A stretch of DNA of 64,000 bases, taken from positions 40,851,572-40,915,571 of the forward strand of contig CP154954.1 in assembly GCA_039621445.1 (NCBI GenBank), written 5' to 3'. Origin of the DNA: Euglena gracilis (Eukaryota). The position numbers and the translations under genes are program-made. Shown piece after piece: positions 1 through 12,950 of this stretch; positions within the stretch are counted from its first letter, which is position 1; each line of letters begins with the position of its first letter. Below the pieces are notes generated by a model. It saw nothing but the letters and a program-made list of their open reading frames with translations. It had not been told where the DNA came from and did not search any database.

Positions 1-880
1 GGGGGTGTGTGGGGGGGGGTGTGGGGGGGGGGGGTAGTGTGGGGGGGGGTGTGGGGGGGGTGTTTTGTGGGGGGGTGTTGTGGAGGGTGTGGGGGGGGGG
101 GGTTTGTGGGGGGGGTGTTGTGGGTTGTGTGGGAGGGGTGTGGGGGGGGGGGGGTGAGGGGGTGCCAAATCTGAGGAAAGTGGATTTTCTTTCTCTTGCC
201 TTGCACACACAAGGGATGATGTTATTTTGGTTCTGGGGGGGGGTCCGGGGGGGCGCCACCCCCCCCCGGGCCGCGGCCGAAGTCCGCGGCGCGACGAGGC
301 CGAAGGCCGAGTAAGTAAAAAAAAATGACACCCGAACAGTTGGTCACATTCAACTTGGGTTTAAAAAAGAATCAGGCTGTTGCTCACCCATGGTACTGTA
401 AACCAACAAAGTGGATTTTCTTTCCCTTGCCTTGCCCACACAAGGGGATGATGTTATTTGGTTCTGGGGGGGGGTCCGGGGTGGGGCGCCCCCCCCCCCC
501 CGGGCCGCGGCCGAAGGCCGCGGCGCGACGAGGCCGAAGGCCGAGTAAGTCAAAAAAATGACACCCGAACAGTTGCGCACAGTCAACATGAGTGTGGGGG
601 GGAGTGTGGGGGGGTGTGGGGGGGTGTATGGGGTGTGTGGGGGGGTGTGGGTGTGTTTGGGGGTGTGTGGGGGTGTGGGGGTGTGTGTGGGGGGGTGGGT
701 GGGGGGGTGTGGGGGGGGGTGGGGGTGTGTGTGGGGGTGTGTGTGGGTGGGGGGTGGGGGGGTGTGTGGGGGGGGTGTGTGGGGGGGGTGTGGGGGGGTG
801 TGTGGGGTGTGTGTGGGGGGGTGTGTGGGGGGGTGTGTGGGGTTCTGTGGGGTACTGTGGGGTACTGTGGGGTACTGTGG
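1..880. repeat. G/GT-rich low-complexity tract with an internal ~235-bp tandem duplication (~175-345 vs ~410-575)
   Basis: Runs of GGGG/GTGT; the segment gtggatttt...gccgaaggccgagtaagt..aaaaaatgacacccgaacagttg occurs twice. Confidence 0.85.
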
Positions 881-1006
881 GGGCTCCGCTTTATGCCATG
901 TCTCCTCGCACGAGATTGATCATGCCACCTGGCTTTTGCGTTTGTCTTTGTGTGGGGCTGGGTATACAAGCCCGTGGCGGCTCCCGCCCCCAACGGTCCA
1001 CCCCGG

Positions 1007-3600
1007 CTATCCTAGCATCGGTTTCCTTTCCCCCTTCCTTTGCCTATGCCTTTTCCACCATCCTGGCCCTTTCCTCCTAGACCAGTCATTTCCATTGTTT
1101 CCTTTCCCGCAAGAATTGTTTCCTTTGCCCTTTCCTTTGCCTTTGCCTTTGCCACCACCAGATTGTGAATCGAAATTCTGTTTATTTGACTGCCACCAGT
1201 CACTTCCCTGTGAATTGGCATTGGCATTGGAATTCCACCCAGAATCGTTTCTCCATCGCCCCCGATTGCCAATTTCAGATTGTTGGGGGGGTGGCAACGA
1301 CTGTGATCGAACCACTGGCACTGGATTTTGTGCTGGGGGGTTCACGTTCGTATTGGTCATTGGAGCTGCCACCTGTGAAGAATCTGATTTTTCAACGGAC
1401 GGTTTTGCCATCGTTTCGCCCCCCTTTGCTGACCGTGTTTGGGAGGGTGTCCGGGACCCCTTGGCCCGATCTACCTTTGCAAACCTGGTCCTCTGGTTTC
1501 CAACCCCATTTGGCTCTTTGGAACTGTGTATCATGTCTTGATTGTCCCTGGATGACAATTTTCGCTCAACAAAACGGCAAATTTCCTCAGCTCCCATTTT
1601 TGGCTGTTCCTCCACGATTTTGATCCTTTTGTCCGTGCCTGTGATTGGTTTCCCACTGAGCTCTTTCAGTTTGTCGCAAATCGTAGTGTTGGGCAAAAAG
1701 ACTTCGAACTCCATCGGTGAAACTTTCAAAACCTTGCAGGGCTTTTCCCCAGTGACACGTTCCACGGCACAAATAATGTTTTCCTCGGTTGCAGGCACTC
1801 CAGGGTACATTTTGACTTTCGGTCCACACGTTGATTTCCTTTCCTCCTCATCGGCGACCCAATGCAAAATGAAATTTGGCAGTTCTCCCTTGACCAGCCT
1901 TTCTTGCTCATCGTCGGTGGCACTTTTCACCTGTCTCCAGGCCATTCTGAAATTTATCGCAAAGTCTGGCCATTGCCGTACGGTAATTTTCCCTTTGGTT
2001 CACAAGGTTAACATCATACCATTTTTTTCGTGCACAGTCGGACTGAGTTCCAGCATATTTCCGTCAATCCTGTCAAATTCCTCCTCGAAAGATGTTTTTC
2101 TGTTCAATTCCATTCGGAATTGCAATTCCTTTTTATTTGTGTCGTCCTGCGTCATTGCAAAAAGCCGAAGTTTGAGTGGATCAAACACATTTCCATTCTG
2201 TAAAGTAACCAACGTCATGAAATATTGCTCCCAATCACGAACAAAGGACGACCAGTCTTTTGGCGGTCCAGAAAAAATTGGAGTTACCAGGGTTTTCATC
2301 AATTGATGTGTTGCCACTGGATTTGATGAAACCAGCCCTGCACCTGCAGGCACTGCCGCCACAGGTCGTGCACAAACCTGCCTGACATGTGTCGCATGTA
2401 TCCCTGGCTTAGCGTATTCATATCCTTCAATTTCAAACTGAATTTTCCTCAATCACAGGTAAATCGTTGTAACCAAACAGATCAAAATCCTCGATTTCTG
2501 GATTTCTAGCTGATTTTCCTCGCGTTTACTTTGCCAGATCCACTGCCGCAGATTTGGCAGATTCAACTTGCTGATTTTTCATCACCAAAACCTCAGCCTG
2601 AAATAAATCCAGCCTTTGCTCTAATTTTTTCCGCTCCTGCTGTTCCATTCGAAGTTTAACGCACTGGTTTTGCAGTAAAACTCCAACATGCTTTTTCATT
2701 GAGTTTTCCACGTCGGCCCGAACTTTATCAAACTGCCCCTTCCTTTCACTCAGCCTCAACCTTTCCTGCAACATTTCACTGATAATCACCTCCAAATTCT
2801 TTCTCGTTTGCAGCCCCAACTCCCTTTGCACCTCCAACCGAATTGTTTCCTCGCTCTTGTTAACCAGGTAACAGACTTTCTCAATCGGAAAATCTTCCGA
2901 CCAAGAAAATTCTCCAACCTCCCCAAACGATCATTCAGAGCTTTGCTCTCTCGCTCCAGGGCTTTGAAAATTTATTCAATTTCTCAGCCTGTGCCTGAAA
3001 TTTGGCACACTCAGTCTCCTCCAAACTTTTACATTGCTGAAAGATGATCCCAAAGCGTCCCTCCAGTCCAGAGGTTAGCAACAACAATGGTTCAACAACA
3101 ATGCTTCTGGCTTGGCTGTTAAACAAAACAAATTTTGTTCTGGCCCTGTGCTGCTGTCTCGTGACGACACAGAAATTTGCTGAAAACCTGAAAAATCTAC
3201 TGGCCACATGCAAGCAGCTTTCATTCTTTAAATAACCATTTGCTGAATAATTGCGTTTTCAGCCTGTTTTTCTTCCTCGGTTTCGCTTTCGTATGTTAGG
3301 GGGTCTGATTCGTCGTCACTGCCATGCAGCGGAACCAGTTGAAAATTTTCCGGCCCTGCCACTGTGACAGGCCTGATGCATGTAATTAACCCCCTCTCCG
3401 AATCAGAATCAGATTCTGATTCCTGCGTGCTTTCTGAAAATTCTGAAGACGATAAAAATTCTGCAGCCTGAAAGTTGTTTTCTGTCACAAATTCCGTCAC
3501 GATTTGCAATGATGCCACAGGTTCTAAAAACTGGGCTGCAGAAAAATTAGTTTCCTTTTCGTTCTGAAAAGGGATTTCTGTCACAGATCTCAGAAAAGTT
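1007..3600 (-). pseudogene. Degenerate gag-like region of an LTR retroelement related to the Gypsy element at 19093-32213
   Basis: ORF 2000..2452 (LKLRLFAMTQDDTNKKELQFRME) resembles ORF 22343..22717 (MKLTILEGSLDDTGQMELQRRQE). ORF 1007..1945 (ATDDEQERLV...KMGAEEICRFVERKLSSRDNQD, GKGKG) resembles ORF 22862..23866 (STDDAYALV...KLSLEEMFARLETELRCQEQSD, GKGKG). Coiled-coil-like ORF 2526..2837. Confidence 0.7.
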
Positions 3601-3874
3601 TCACCGCAATCTGAAATTCAGACCGATTGGCCGGGAAACCAGCAGATTTATGCAGATTCTTACGAAAATTCGCAGACCACAGGGTTGGTGAAACTATCCT
3701 CATGTACCATTCCGCTGGCACAGGCACCAGAACAAACCTCTGCAACGAAGTTCACCGAATATTAAAAAACCTCACTGACGAAGTCAGTGAGCCGACCTCT
3801 GCTAACCATGTTTACCGGCGGGCTGTGACTTTCAAGCTTTCTAAAAATTCTGCTGGCAGAGCCAGCAGAACCAA

Positions 3875-3886
3875 CCTCTGCGACCA
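3875..3886 (-). promoter_or_regulatory. Primer-binding-site-like motif (initiator Met tRNA type)
   Basis: Minus strand reads ...AAACA|TGGTCGCAGAGG, 11/12 identical to the PBS TGGTAGCAGAGG at 19803, upstream of the gag remnant. Confidence 0.55.
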
Positions 3887-4708
3887 TGTTTACCGGTCAC
3901 ACCCCCTGTGCGCCGCCGGTCGCCCCCGCGACCGGCGAGTCCCGGCGGGGTGAGGGCCCGGGGGGGTCCCCGCCGTCGTGGATGACCACCGACAGCCGGG
4001 GGGTGGGTGTTTCCGGGGCGGGGCCTGTGCTTTTTCTGGGGGTTGGTGGGCTCAGGCCATCTCGCATTTTTTCACCCAGGTGTTTTCCCCTACCACAGCC
4101 GGCGCGTAGGATCGTTTTTTTTGGCGGTTTCCGAAAATTTGGTGAAAAGCGAAAAATCTGCCATTTTGAATGAAAACTCACTTTTCTCTCTTACACTCTC
4201 TCACACTCTCTTGCACACCTTGAGGATAAAAACCAACCCACAGAACAACCCACTGCATCCCGAAACTCTGGAAGTGAGAAACTGAAAGTAACTTAATTGT
4301 GAACAATTGAAAATGAACTGTGAAACGTGAATGTATGAAAATGTGCAAACCTGCGGCAAGGAGGAGGGGTATAGGTAAGGTGGTGGTGGCGGTGTTGTAG
4401 GCTCCCTCAGTCCAATCCTCCAAAAAATCCAGCCAACAATGTAATGACCAACAATGTAACTGCCAACTCCAATTCAAAGTTCCAACAATGTGATTGATCA
4501 AATACAATTCAATGTATTTCTTCTTTGCCAAATAGTGGGGAAAACCCCTCAAGTTCTGTAAAAAAAAACAGAATTTGAAAGTGCAAAATAATTTGACCCG
4601 CTTCCAATTTGTGTCGCGGGTTTTTTTAACTGATTGGCTGTTACCCGCGACTTTGTAATTTGCGCTTTCTGGAAATTTTTGACTACCGGCGAAAGCTGGA
4701 GGCCGGCA
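3887..4708 (-). mobile_element. Candidate 5' LTR of the minus-strand gag-bearing element
   Basis: Ends in CA directly before the PBS-like motif; TG at 4708 lies where similarity to the DIRS fragment starts; no partner LTR in the window. Confidence 0.4.
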
Positions 4709-4709
4709 A

Positions 4710-6180
4710 GCCCCCTGCCTGAAAATCGCCCCTTACAAGGGTATGTTCACCAATTGAAGTGGGGGGGGGGAAATGCCACCCTGCGGGTGGGCCCTGCTTT
4801 TCATGTTTTTCTCAGGAAAATTCTGGAGGGAAAACAAGTACAAAATTCAACCATTAACGATTCCCTGGGAATAAACCCCAGTTTAAAGCGTTATCAAAGC
4901 GCTCTTGCGCTTTTATGAGATATTTTGGACAAAATGGGCGTCCCTCCCCCTGGAGCCACCACCGACCTGGTTGACGCTTTAATTACAACTGTTTCAATTT
5001 TCAAAGGCCAAAGCACGCAATGCATACAGTGCCATGCTTTTGATCCCTGGCTTTGGAGGCCCGTGGTTCCATGCCATGTTGGCACCTTATAACAGGCCTT
5101 GGAACCAAAATTTGGAGAAATATAGTGCATTCTGGGATCCCCTCGAAATCCTCTTGGGGCTGGCACAGTCCCCCCTGCCCTCTGATATATGTACATTGCG
5201 TACACGATTCATCTTATGTTCACGAATCCTCTGTTTATACAGAACCTCTGACTTGGCACAGGTGCAAAGAACCACCAGTGTGTGGGTGGGGGGGCACCCT
5301 ACATAAAAAGTAAACGTAAATGTCAAAAACTCCACAAGTGGGAAAGAGTTGTCTCCATTCCCCAGTGCCCCCACATCAGTCCCTTTTAGTTAACGATGGC
5401 TTATGTGGCAGCAACACGTTTCTTTGTGAAACCTGGGGGTCCCCTTTTAATTACGTTAAAACCCCCCTATAAAGCCATTAAGGCAGAAACCATTGCTTCT
5501 TTCACAAAATAATTTTTGACCAAACAGGGGACCCCACTCCACCAGAGGGGCAGGGGTTGGTTTACTCAAACAAATAGGCTTTTCTGCCCAAGAAGTTTGT
5601 GAAATTGGTCAGTGGAAGGGGGTGGAGGCTTTTACCGCCCACTATCACAGACTTGGTGCCCAGGGTGCTTTGAAAGGTGCCATGGCCCCCCTTTTTTTCT
5701 GTGCAAAATCTGGCCTCACAATGGCAAAGTGCGGAGCCCGAGGTGTCTCGTACTCCCTCGAGGCAATCCGACCAGGGAGGAAGGGACACCGAGGGCGAAG
5801 CACAAATACATTGTGAGCCTGACCCCCCCCCACCCATGTCCGAAAATTTGTCTTCAAACGCCCTCGGCCAGAAGATGGTGGCCAGGGGGAGGGGGGCGGG
5901 GAAGAGGAGGGTGACCCCCCCAGAGAAAGAGACAGCGCCATGGTCGCCACGTCGGAGACAATGCAGCCAACTCCGGCGAGGCGGCACTAAGCAGGGACTC
6001 CTAACCCAGCACACCAGAACAATCACAACAAACAACCGGCGTGCAATGCATGGCCTCACAATGTCTTTGTGCTTCGCCCTCGGTGTCCCTTCCTCCTTGG
6101 TCGACTTGCTCCGAGGCAGTACGAGAGAGCCACAGGCTGTGTGTAGGGATTTTGTGGGGGGGATCGTTGCCTGCGTCCAT
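4710..6180 (+). mobile_element. 3' fragment of a DIRS-type retrotransposon (end of Dam MTase, tyrosine recombinase pseudogene, terminal inverted structure)
   Basis: Reverse-complement homolog of ~59960-60845 and ~56915-57443; YR motifs ILCLYRTSDL, PHSTRGAG, GQWKG and TAHY. Confidence 0.8.
5743..6131. repeat. Inverted repeat pair of ~80 bp (5743-5819 / 6052-6131), DIRS ICR/terminal-repeat-like
   Basis: gggacaccgagggcgaagcacaaatacattgtgag vs ctcacaatgtctttgtgcttcgccctcggtgtccc. Confidence 0.8.
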
Positions 6181-9029
6181 GTTGCTCATGAGGCAATTTC
6201 CTGAGAGCGGCCAATTGGAGGGGGAGGCCAGAAAACTGACTGTCCACTGAGGGAGAGAGACACCTTTCACTGATAAAAAACAAACACTTTTTGAACAACT
6301 CCCAAAAAAATTTCCTTTGGTGCATATTCCATTGTACAACACTGACTTTTGGGGGGGAGATGGTGAAACGATGCTTTCAATCATTCCGGTTTTGATTTCA
6401 GACTGGTGGACACACTTCAGCCTGGTCAATGCTAATTCCTCCCCTTCGCATCAAATGCAAAAAAAAAATTTGATTTTCTTTTTTAAAGAAAATCTGCCTT
6501 ATTCTCCCTCCCACCCCCCCCCGGCAGAACCCCACCCTTCTTGGATGCGAAAACCCACTGTTGATAAAAAGAACGCCAAAATAAGGCGAAGTGATCCAAC
6601 CATCATTTACGGTGAAAATATGGACCCCCGCTTCTATTTGATGGAGAAAATTGTGCTAATGTGTACCTGTGGCGACAAATTCGCAGCGCGAACAGCTTTT
6701 CGTTGGACAACCCCCGGTGTCCACCTGAAACTGCAAATTTTGCAAGAGTATCAAAAGTTGCTGGCAATCACCCAAAGCTTTCCAGTTGTAGCTTTCAATT
6801 ACAGACTGTAGAAGGAGGGATCGAGCCCACGCCTTTCCTAAGAACCCAGAACCCTCCTGGTTGCCGCCGTTCAGGAATTCATTCATCAGAGGTCCAGGTC
6901 CGTTGTCGTTGTCGCTGCATTGATGCAGCTGACACCGCACGCATTTTCTTGTTTTTGACAATATTAACAAAAGTGAAAGGAAATAATATTCACTGAAAAT
7001 TACATTAATGTGAGAAACACCCCAATATCCCAAACTTTGATAAGGGCAAGTGCCATTGAATCCTGTGTCCAAGTGCGTGGAAGAATTGTAATATTTGTTT
7101 GGATGAATTCAAGCAACCCAGGAGAAGGCGGGTCCCAGCCGTGGACAAAAAAAAGTCCAGAAATGGGCTTTTCCTGGATTCTGGCAGGCCCACCCACCAT
7201 CCAACAAGGCACCGCCCAAAGAAAAACTCCTTCCGAAGGCGCCGAAAGAAAACTCTGACCTAAATTATTGGCGCCTCCAAAAACACAGTAAGTGGTGGTG
7301 GGCTGGGTCGACCCCCACCCACCACTCATGCGGTTGCGGGGAATACCACACAACCCTGACTTCCGGTGCCTTGGGCACCGGAAATGCCTTTGCCGAGTAC
7401 CCAAGCACTTTTGGCCATGTGCCCCTCGCCCCCCCATGTCAGAAAACCACAGAGGACATAAAAACGTTACCCGTCTCTGAAAAATTACTTTCACTTTGCA
7501 CAAGTTTTGTTTGCAGTGCATGTTTTGGAGAATTGTTGGATGAACAAAAATCTCTTACCCAAAAATGCCACATCAAAACAAAGGTCCACATTTGCAAAAT
7601 GCCATGTTTGGTTCACCCAGTTGTCAAAATCTTTATATCAGTATTCAACACCGTAATTGTGAATTTGGTTCAAAAATGTGTTGTATGCACATGTATGTCC
7701 AAAAACACTCCAAGGAAAATGTAAGGGGTAAATGTCCAAAAAAGCTATATTTTGGGGGTAAACCGGTTGACATGAGGGGGTAAAATGATTTCTGGTTTTG
7801 TTGCACCATCGTGAAAACCGCCAAACCTTCAAAAAATGAGTTCTGCAAATACGACCCCATTTGAAACCGAATTCAGCCTTATGCCAACCCTTGGGCATGT
7901 GAGAGATCCCAGAGCAGAGTTTCTTGACAAAAAAACCAAAAATCCAACCCCCTCTGAACAACCGAATCCCACCGTATTCCTTTTCAAATTATGAACCAGA
8001 GTGCACTACCAACACATAATTCGGGGTTCACATTCCAGTAGACCACCGCTCCAAAGACGGCATTGCAATACCTTCAACACAACCGTCCTTCGGTTGCAGA
8101 TGCTGTACCTTCTTGTTGGGGAACAGCTGGAAGACCTTCCCAATTCCCAGGGACTTGGCACCCAGGGCTTGGACAGCTCCTCGCCGGCGAAAGAAGAGCA
8201 TGTCCTGTCCCCACGGCAGAACGGGAAAGCGTGGTGTGGATGGTGGTCGACCCCGTCCACCCGGGAGGTGGGGGGGGGTCGATCCCCCCCACCACAGCAT
8301 TTTCTCCGATTTCGGATGGCCAGAAAGTGTTTGAATTTTTTTTTGAAAATTAACCCAAAACACATGATTGTTTGATGGAAAACCACATTTTTTTATCACA
8401 AAAAAAATCCCAAGAAATTATGGGTGAAAAAGGTAGTTTTTGGCGTGGGGGGGTGAAAAAAACGAAGGTCAAAAAAAGTAGACCAAATTTTGGCACAGTC
8501 AAATTTTACTGACATTTTTTCAGTTTTTTTCATCTTTTAATGGCACTTTTTTGCTTCAAAAACCACTCAAAATAAACATTTTGAAAAAATGTTGAATTTG
8601 TGGAAGGTGTGAAAAAAATGGGGTTTTGGGTGGTTTTTGTGGGGACCCTATACGTGTCCCAAAATGGGTCAAATAAACACCTTCGGTTCCTTTGAGGGCC
8701 TTGCCCAAGGGGGTTGGATGCCATTTTTGAACAGCTGGCAGGTTGAAGGGGGGCATTCTTCTGCCACCATCTTAGACTTTTTTCAAGGCTGTTGGTGTTG
8801 GGGGGTGTCTCTGTTGCTTTTGAGTGTCTTTGCACCCACTGGGGGTTCCAACTTGAAAACGTCAAATTTCACCAAACTCTCAATCTTCCCACTTCCCAGC
8901 AGTACAAATCCAGTCAAAAGGCCACAGCTGGAGTCAAAGAAGTTCAGGCATGTGCTACCTGAAATACATAAAAACACACCCACTAAATTGCCCAGCGCCG
9001 GTAACATCTCCCGATTTTTCCTCCGTTTC

Positions 9030-10850
9030 AGGCTGCCGGCGCCAACGCTTCCGCTTGAGCGGCCCTCCCGCCCCCAGCGGCCCGAGGGGTGGCAGGGCCA
9101 CGACGGGCGGGAGGGGGCGGGCGGGGGGCGGGGCCCCCGCCGACGCCCCGGCGCCGGGCCCCCGCCCCCCCACTGGGACGGCGCGGGCAGGCGAGGCATA
9201 CGGGCTCTCCCCCAGGCGCGGGGTGCTGATGGGGGACAGCGTGGCGGCGAAGCAGTCGAGCTCGTCGTCGCTGGGGGTGGGGCTGCCCGCCCGCTTGGGC
9301 TGGCGGCCGGCGGCGATGCGGCCAGGGACCCTCCCCACACACAGGGGGTGGGGTGGGGATTAGGGATGGCCCCATATGGGGGGGGGGGGACGCTGGCAGG
9401 GGGGCATGCACGTCATGCTTGTGAACGCGTGACACTTACACACACCACCCACCACCCACCCAGAGGTACGAGATGCACGATGAGCTCCGCTGCACCGCAC
9501 GGAGGGCGGGACACAGCGTCGGAGGGCCCTGGGGTGGGCTGGCCTCTCTCCAGCAGGGCGAGGGTGTCCGTTGTGAGGCACATGGTCAGATCCAGTGGGT
9601 TTGGCGGCACGCCGGCTGTCTGGACGGGGACAGCTCGGGGATTCCGCCGGAGCGGAAGCCCCCCTGGCACAGGGGTTTGGCCGAATGCCTGCGTGCTTTC
9701 GAAGTCGTTTCGAAGTACACCCACAATCAACAACCGCTTTTCCATTTCATTCAAATGATGGCTTCCGGCTCCTCGCACGTAACAAAACACAATGCAATTT
9801 GAGAACGGGTAAGGGCCGCCGACCACCGGCAGCCATGACCAGTTCCCAAGTTGCCCCGAAAAGCATCCGAAAGGCAAAGACCGATGCCCCAACAGTGCGG
9901 GCCCCTCCTCCTGCCCCACCTCCACGCCGGCCTGGGCATAATGGGGGCTGGGGGTTTCAAAGGGGCGAGCGGCTGGGCCCCACTGGCCGTGGGGGCAGCA
10001 GCCCATGGGCGACGTTGCGGCGGAGTGGGGGGGGGTGGACCCGCCCCCGTAAGGGCCATTTTCAAATGCCTGCGTCGTCAGTTTGGATCCCGCCAGGACC
10101 CAAACTGACCCCGGGGGACACCCGCTGTGGGCGTGGCGGCGGGCCACGCCCACAAGCCCCGCCGCGGCACAAGGACGCCGCGGCACAAGGGACCCCCGGC
10201 GTTGTTGAGCAGAAGGTCGGCACCGCGTGTCAGTGATTACCAGGGCTGCCCGAGGGAAGAACGATTCCCTCCCCACCACTGCTCCGACCCGGGGTTGGTT
10301 CCACTTTCCTTGAAAAAAAGCAGCCTGTGCGGTGTGGGGGGTGTGTGCCGGGGAAAGGGTGGGCAGCCCGAAGTCCGCCCGGGACAGCCCATCGCTGGCG
10401 GGAGGGGCGGGGGGCTGCGGCCAGGCGTGCCTCACGAGGCGAGGACGATTCTGAATCGGCGGCATCGGGGGCAGACGGCAGCCACCAGCCATCGTTTGTG
10501 TTGGTCCCCCACAGCGCTGGGGGGACGAAGGGGCCGAGAACCGGGCAGCGCGGAGACACGGAACAGCCCGCCGAGAACCCCGGGGGTGGGCCCCGAAGGC
10601 TGCCGCCTGGCGAGAGTCGAACTCGCACACTTCTGTACAGGGGCTGAAGCTGACGGACTTCGGCCCGAGGCGGGAGCCGGTCCCGTAGGGGCAGCGGGGG
10701 GAGAGGGGGAGGGCCAGCGGGGGCACGACGAGGGTTACGGCCGCCGCCGCCGCCTCCGCCGCCGCGGGTGGGGGGTGGGGGGTGCGTGGGGACAGGCAAG
10801 ACTTCCGCGGGGTCCACCGCGCGAGGGTCTCCTGTGACGGCGGTGTGATG
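9030..10850 (-). other. GC-rich possible host exon fragments (Pro/Ser-rich protein)
   Basis: Protein-like stretches SPTPSDDELDCFAATLSPISTPRLGESPYASP...LKRKRWRR, PDAADSESSSPRE and KSVSFSPCTEVCEFD lie in different frames; no homology assigned. Confidence 0.3.
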
Positions 10851-11149
10851 GATGGGGAGCATCGAGTCCAGGGCGGTCCTTACGCCAAAAAAAAAATCCT
10901 GTCCCGATACACTTCAACCGAAAAATAAGGATTTTGGCCGGGGAAATTTTTTGAAAGTTACTTTGAAAAATGAACCCAAAATACATGATTTTTTTGATGG
11001 AAAACCACATTTTCCACAAAAAAAATATCCAGAATTTAGGGTTGAAAATTGTTAGATTTTAGGAGGGGGTCAAAAAAATGCAGGTCCAAAAAATGGGACA
11101 CTCAAATTTCTCCGAAAGAAATTAATTTTTCAAATCGGGTGATTTTCTG

Positions 11150-11545
11150 GCGGCTGGTGTCGGCTGCCGCTGGCGGCTTCAGCCAAAAATGCACCCCAAA
11201 AATTCCTGAAGTCCTCCCGACAGGAACCACCAAGAACCAGTCAACCAACCCGCGCAAGGAATTTGAACCCCAGAGGATCCCAGAAGGACAGTCATTTCAG
11301 AATTGTGGAAAGTTTTGAAGAAAGACATAAAGAATTGGGAATTTCAAAGCATTGACAATTGCAAAGAAACCAAGACATTGCTTTCCACCTTTTTTTTCCA
11401 ACCCACAAACAGCTAACCTGAACCAAATGTACTCGCCCACCGCGTAGCAGGTTTGTTTGTGCTCTGCTGTTTGCTACCAAATAGGTGGGTTGGTTTTGTA
11501 TTTGTCCACCTATTTGATCTGGAAGTTGGGAAATTGGAAAAAAAA
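11150..11545. repeat. Dispersed repeat, copy 1 (copy 2 at ~16925-17315)
   Basis: Colinear similarity from ggtgtcggctgccgctggcggc to tatttgtccacctatttg..ctggaagttgg. Confidence 0.85.
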
Positions 11546-11736
11546 TGGTGACAAAAAAAAGATCCTACGCGGGGCAACTAGGGACCCCGGGTCGGGGGGG
11601 GGGCACTCCTCACCCCCACCTGTTGTTTAAAACGGAGCCCAATTTCAGAAAGGCCCTGGCCTGAGCCCACCAGGGGCGGAAAACAGTGGTTGCAGCCCCG
11701 GAGGCCCCCGCAGGCAAGAGTCCCGAACCACCAACA

Positions 11737-12950
11737 TGGTAAGCAGAGGTGTATTTGCCAACTACGTTGGCAAAGAAATTTTCAGCTCAGCATCCCAATC
11801 CTTGGGAATTTAAATCTGTGAGGGCCAAACTGAGGAACAAAGAAAAATGGAGGCTGAAATCCTAGCTTATCGGATGGATTTTTAAAGGAACGATGTGAAA
11901 AAGCCATTGGGCATTCTCGTGGCCCCGAATCAACTTGTCCATATCAATCTCGTGGGGATAACTGTTTTTTTCTTCTTTAAAAACTTCAGGGGAAAGCCTA
12001 ACTAGTTCACTGCCAGACCAGGGGAAAAGGGAGGCCACCCATGCAATGGTTGAATCCTCCCACTAGTGTCAAATTGACTGTGAAACGGAAAGGGAGGTGG
12101 ATCCTGCCAAGTTATGCGAAACGGAGGATTGTTTAATCGAATCACGGTGGGTACCAACCAGAAAGCAGAATTTTGGGGACAATCGAGAACCTGAAGTTAA
12201 ATCAGAATGTTTTGAACCCTGTCCAAATGTTTTGCACTTGAAAGGTGTGGCTTGTTTGACCCCTGGATGTCGTTTCAATCCCCAATCTTCTTCTGTGTGG
12301 TATGCATCTGAATCTTGGGAGGTCGGCGCAAAATCAGCACAAGGTCACGAAAGTGCAGATATTTCAGAAGTCACAGAATCTAAAACTTCTTATGACCCTT
12401 GGGATGAGTGTTTGAAGGAGGTATCACAGAATTATTTTCGAACACTTCTTCTCAGCATGAGAGACTGACGAAACTGGTGGATCTTCCCAGCCAAAGCCAC
12501 AGTGAGTCCAGCCACTTGGAGGGACGGATTGCTCAAACTGAAACCCGTCTGAGAATTTTGGCAGATGTATTTCATGAACTTTTCGCAGGAACTTGCAGTG
12601 AAATTGAAAACCTTTTTTCTGAAAGCATCCAGTCCTTGTGCCAGAAAGGCGAGGCTCCGTCAAAACGGCAGGACAGTGAAGAAAAGATTTCGGAAGAAAT
12701 TTTTCGTGATGAATTGCAGACACAGTTGAAAACTTTTGAATTGCAAATCCCTAAAATGTTGCAAGTCAGTGAAAAAAAAATGTCAAGTGCAGAAAATGTT
12801 GTCTCTAAAAACCTCAGATCTGAACATCATGCAAATTTGCAACCATGTGAAGTTTCCCTTGCAAAATCTTCTTCCGACTTGAGTGTGAGGCAAAGAAAAT
12901 GGATTTGTGCGAAAAAATAAGGAGGTACGGAAAAAACCGTTGGAATAAAT
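11737..12950 (+). pseudogene. Truncated 5' part (PBS-like motif plus gag start) of a third LTR element of the same lineage
   Basis: AACA|TGGTAAGCAGAGG; CEGQTEEQRKMEAEILAY resembles YESETEEEKQAENAIIQQ of ORF 3228..3584; coiled-coil-like ORF 12408..12920. Confidence 0.45.

Noticed and set aside
1-1080. Gly/Val/Cys-rich and Pro/His/Thr-rich ORFs
   Set aside because: Products of the G/GT low-complexity tract
10602-10673. 72-nt tRNA-like fold on the minus strand (T arm GCGAG-TTCGACT-CTCGC, 6/7 acceptor pairs)
   Set aside because: D and anticodon arms are non-canonical (no GG in the D loop, mismatched stem, no U33) and the same bases read well as peptide; tRNAscan-SE would decide
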